This document shows positions 44,094-45,588 of a stretch of DNA of 45,588 bases, in pieces; position 1 is the stretch's first letter; each line of letters starts with the position of its first letter. The notes beneath the pieces were generated by a model that saw only the letters and a list, made by a program, of their open reading frames with translations, searched no databases and was not told where the DNA came from. The position numbers and the translations under genes are program-made. Source of the DNA: Syntrophus sp. GWC2_56_31. Lineage in GTDB: Bacteria; Desulfobacterota; Syntrophia; Syntrophales; UBA5619. The stretch is taken from contig MICN01000115.1 in NCBI GenBank assembly GCA_001829875.1, positions 1 through 45,588 on the forward strand, in the 5' to 3' direction.

Positions 44094-44111
44094 GCGCCGA
44101 TGGCATAGCGT

Positions 44112-45335
44112 ATGGCGAATTACTCCTATCTGGCAATCAACGAAAGAGGCGGGAACATCACCGGGACGGTCGAGGCCGATTCCCCGGAGATGGCGGAAAG
44201 CATCCTTCTTTCACGAGGACTTATCCCGTCAAAAGTAACAGCGGCCCGCGCGACGGGCGACGGCGGATCGTTCTTCGCGAAATTGCAAGCGGGCATGAAC
44301 AAGGTCAAAATCGGGGATCTGGTCCTCTTCACGAAGCAATTCCGGTCGATGATGCAGGCAGGGGTGCCGATCCTGAGGCTCTTCCAGGTTTTGGAAAATC
44401 AGTGTCAGAACCAGGTATTGAAAGAAGCCGTTGTGGCGATCTGCCGCGATATCAAGGCCGGCTCATCTCTCCACGAGGCGATGAAGCGGCATCCCGCACT
44501 CTTTTCACCGCTCTACCTCAGCATGATCAATGCCGGCGAGGTCAGCGGCACCGTCCCCTCCATCCTCGAGCGCCTGATCAAGATTATCGAGCACGAGGCC
44601 AAGATCAAATCGGATATCAAGTCCGCCCTGCAGTACCCGATAATGGTCCTGGTCGCCCTGGCGGTTGCTTTTTTTGTCCTGCTGACCTTCGTCATTCCGA
44701 AATTTGCCGCCATTTTCTCCAAGTCGGGTATAGAAATGCCTATACCCACAAAGATCGCCATGGCTCTCTATCAGGGGCTGGCCGATTACTGGTACATCCT
44801 GATCGGCGGCGCAATCGTCCTGATCTTCGGCCTGCGAAGCTACATCAAGACCGAGAAAGGCCGCTACGTGCTGGACGCTTTTTTTCTGAAATTCCCCCTT
44901 TTCGGACCTCTCTTCCAGAAGGCGGCGATGTCCAGATTTGCCAGCATTTTCGCGATCCTCCAGGCGAGCGGCGTTCCCGTGATGCAGGCGCTGACGATAC
45001 TCACCGACACGATCGGGAATAAGGCGATCTCCACCGAAATACAAAAGGTTCGCGAACGGGTCCAAGAGGGGCAAGGGATCTCCGGACCCTTGCGCGCGGC
45101 CAAATACTTTACGCCGATGCTGGTGGACATGGTGGCGATCGGCGAGGAATCCGGAAACATCGACGAGATGCTGGGCCAGATTTCCATCCACTACGACGAC
45201 GAAGTGGAATACGCTGTCAAGTCTCTCTCGGATATGATCGGTCCCATTCTGATGGTAGGCTTGGCGGCTGTCGTCGGGTTTTTCGCCCTGGCGATCTTCC
45301 TCCCCATGTGGGACATGACGAAAATGGTCAAATAG
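44112..45335 (+). CDS. type IV pilus / T2SS platform protein (PilC/GspF/MshG family)
   Basis: Two GspF repeats (FTKQFRSMMQAGVPI...; FASIFAILQASGVPV...), three TM segments, 407 aa. Confidence 0.92.
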   Translation: MANYSYLAINERGGNITGTVEADSPEMAESILLSRGLIPSKVTAARATGDGGSFFAKLQAGMNKVKIGDLVLFTKQFRSMMQAGVPILRLFQVLENQCQNQVLKEAVVAICRDIKAGSSLHEAMKRHPALFSPLYLSMINAGEVSGTVPSILERLIKIIEHEAKIKSDIKSALQYPIMVLVALAVAFFVLLTFVIPKFAAIFSKSGIEMPIPTKIAMALYQGLADYWYILIGGAIVLIFGLRSYIKTEKGRYVLDAFFLKFPLFGPLFQKAAMSRFASIFAILQASGVPVMQALTILTDTIGNKAISTEIQKVRERVQEGQGISGPLRAAKYFTPMLVDMVAIGEESGNIDEMLGQISIHYDDEVEYAVKSLSDMIGPILMVGLAAVVGFFALAIFLPMWDMTKMVK

Positions 45336-45352
45336 CAATAGGTGCGAAAGAG

Positions 45353-45588
45353 ATGGGTGACCGCATGCAAAAACATCAGCAAGGTTTTACACTGATCGAA
45401 GTCATCGCCGTTCTCGCCATCCTCGGCCTCCTGGCGGCGATCGCTGTGCCGAAGTATTTTGAAATGCAGACCAAGTCGCAGCAGAGCGCCGTCTCGGCCG
45501 CTATCGCCGGTCTGTTATCGACGGCAACCCAGGAATATGCCAAGGCGCTGTTGACGACGCCCTCGGTCACCACGTATGCCCCGACATC
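45353..45588 (+). CDS. type IV pilin (prepilin), 3' end runs off the window
   Basis: MGDRMQKHQQG|FTLIEVIAVLAILGLLAAIAVPKY has the class III signal (G/FTLIE, Glu5) and hydrophobic alpha1-N helix. Start at 45353 or the in-frame ATG 45365. Confidence 0.87.
   Translation, partial: MGDRMQKHQQGFTLIEVIAVLAILGLLAAIAVPKYFEMQTKSQQSAVSAAIAGLLSTATQEYAKALLTTPSVTTYAPT

Noticed and set aside
1-45588. CRISPR arrays, rRNA/tRNA genes, transposases, integrases, prophage genes.
   Set aside because: No regularly spaced direct repeats and no RNA-gene-like conserved segments were seen. No ORF has DDE transposase, tyrosine or serine recombinase, or phage structural signatures.

Overview
GC-rich bacterial chromosomal segment. 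Gene content suggests a sigma-54-rich anaerobe of the deltaproteobacterial (Desulfobacterota/Syntrophia-like) type; this is inference only, as no database search was possible. The backbone is housekeeping: zinc-ribbon protein and hpt; a large radical-SAM fusion; rplU-rpmA-csp-obg-proB; ogt; uvrC with an S1-domain protein; uvrB with 5-formyl-THF cyclo-ligase; corA; and cobB-NRDE-NUDIX. Several regulated or accessory modules sit within it. (1) A yybP-ykoY-type Mn2+ riboswitch with an intrinsic terminator lies in front of a UPF0016/GDT1 exporter gene. (2) A roughly 2.1 kb lower-GC islet (about 10.0-12.15 kb) holds small same-strand ORFs: hicB-hicA, a nucleotidyltransferase pair and an orphan ORF. 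Two roughly 62-nt imperfect palindromes punctuate it with the box architecture of integron attC sites. No integrase is visible, so it resembles a CALIN (a cluster of attC sites lacking an integron integrase). I rank this the most interesting item. (3) A PAS/sigma-54 activator is divergent from a -24/-12 promoter driving an SDR, a Liv-type ABC importer and an acyl-CoA synthetase. (4) An AT-rich GGDEF gene ends in a 22-bp perfect palindrome that contains both convergent stop codons. (5) A diadenylate cyclase is fused to YbbR (CdaR-like) domains. (6) An MSHA-like type IV pilus cluster comprises a small HTH protein, a fused PilM-PilN, PilO/PilP-like proteins, a secretin, an ExeA/MshM ATPase, MshE with a tandem MshEN c-di-GMP motif, a platform protein and a pilin that runs off the window. 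No rRNA, tRNA, CRISPR array, transposase or integrase was recognised. Many long antisense ORFs in the track are GC-driven shadows and were ignored. Start codons are best guesses from RBS and N-terminal plausibility.
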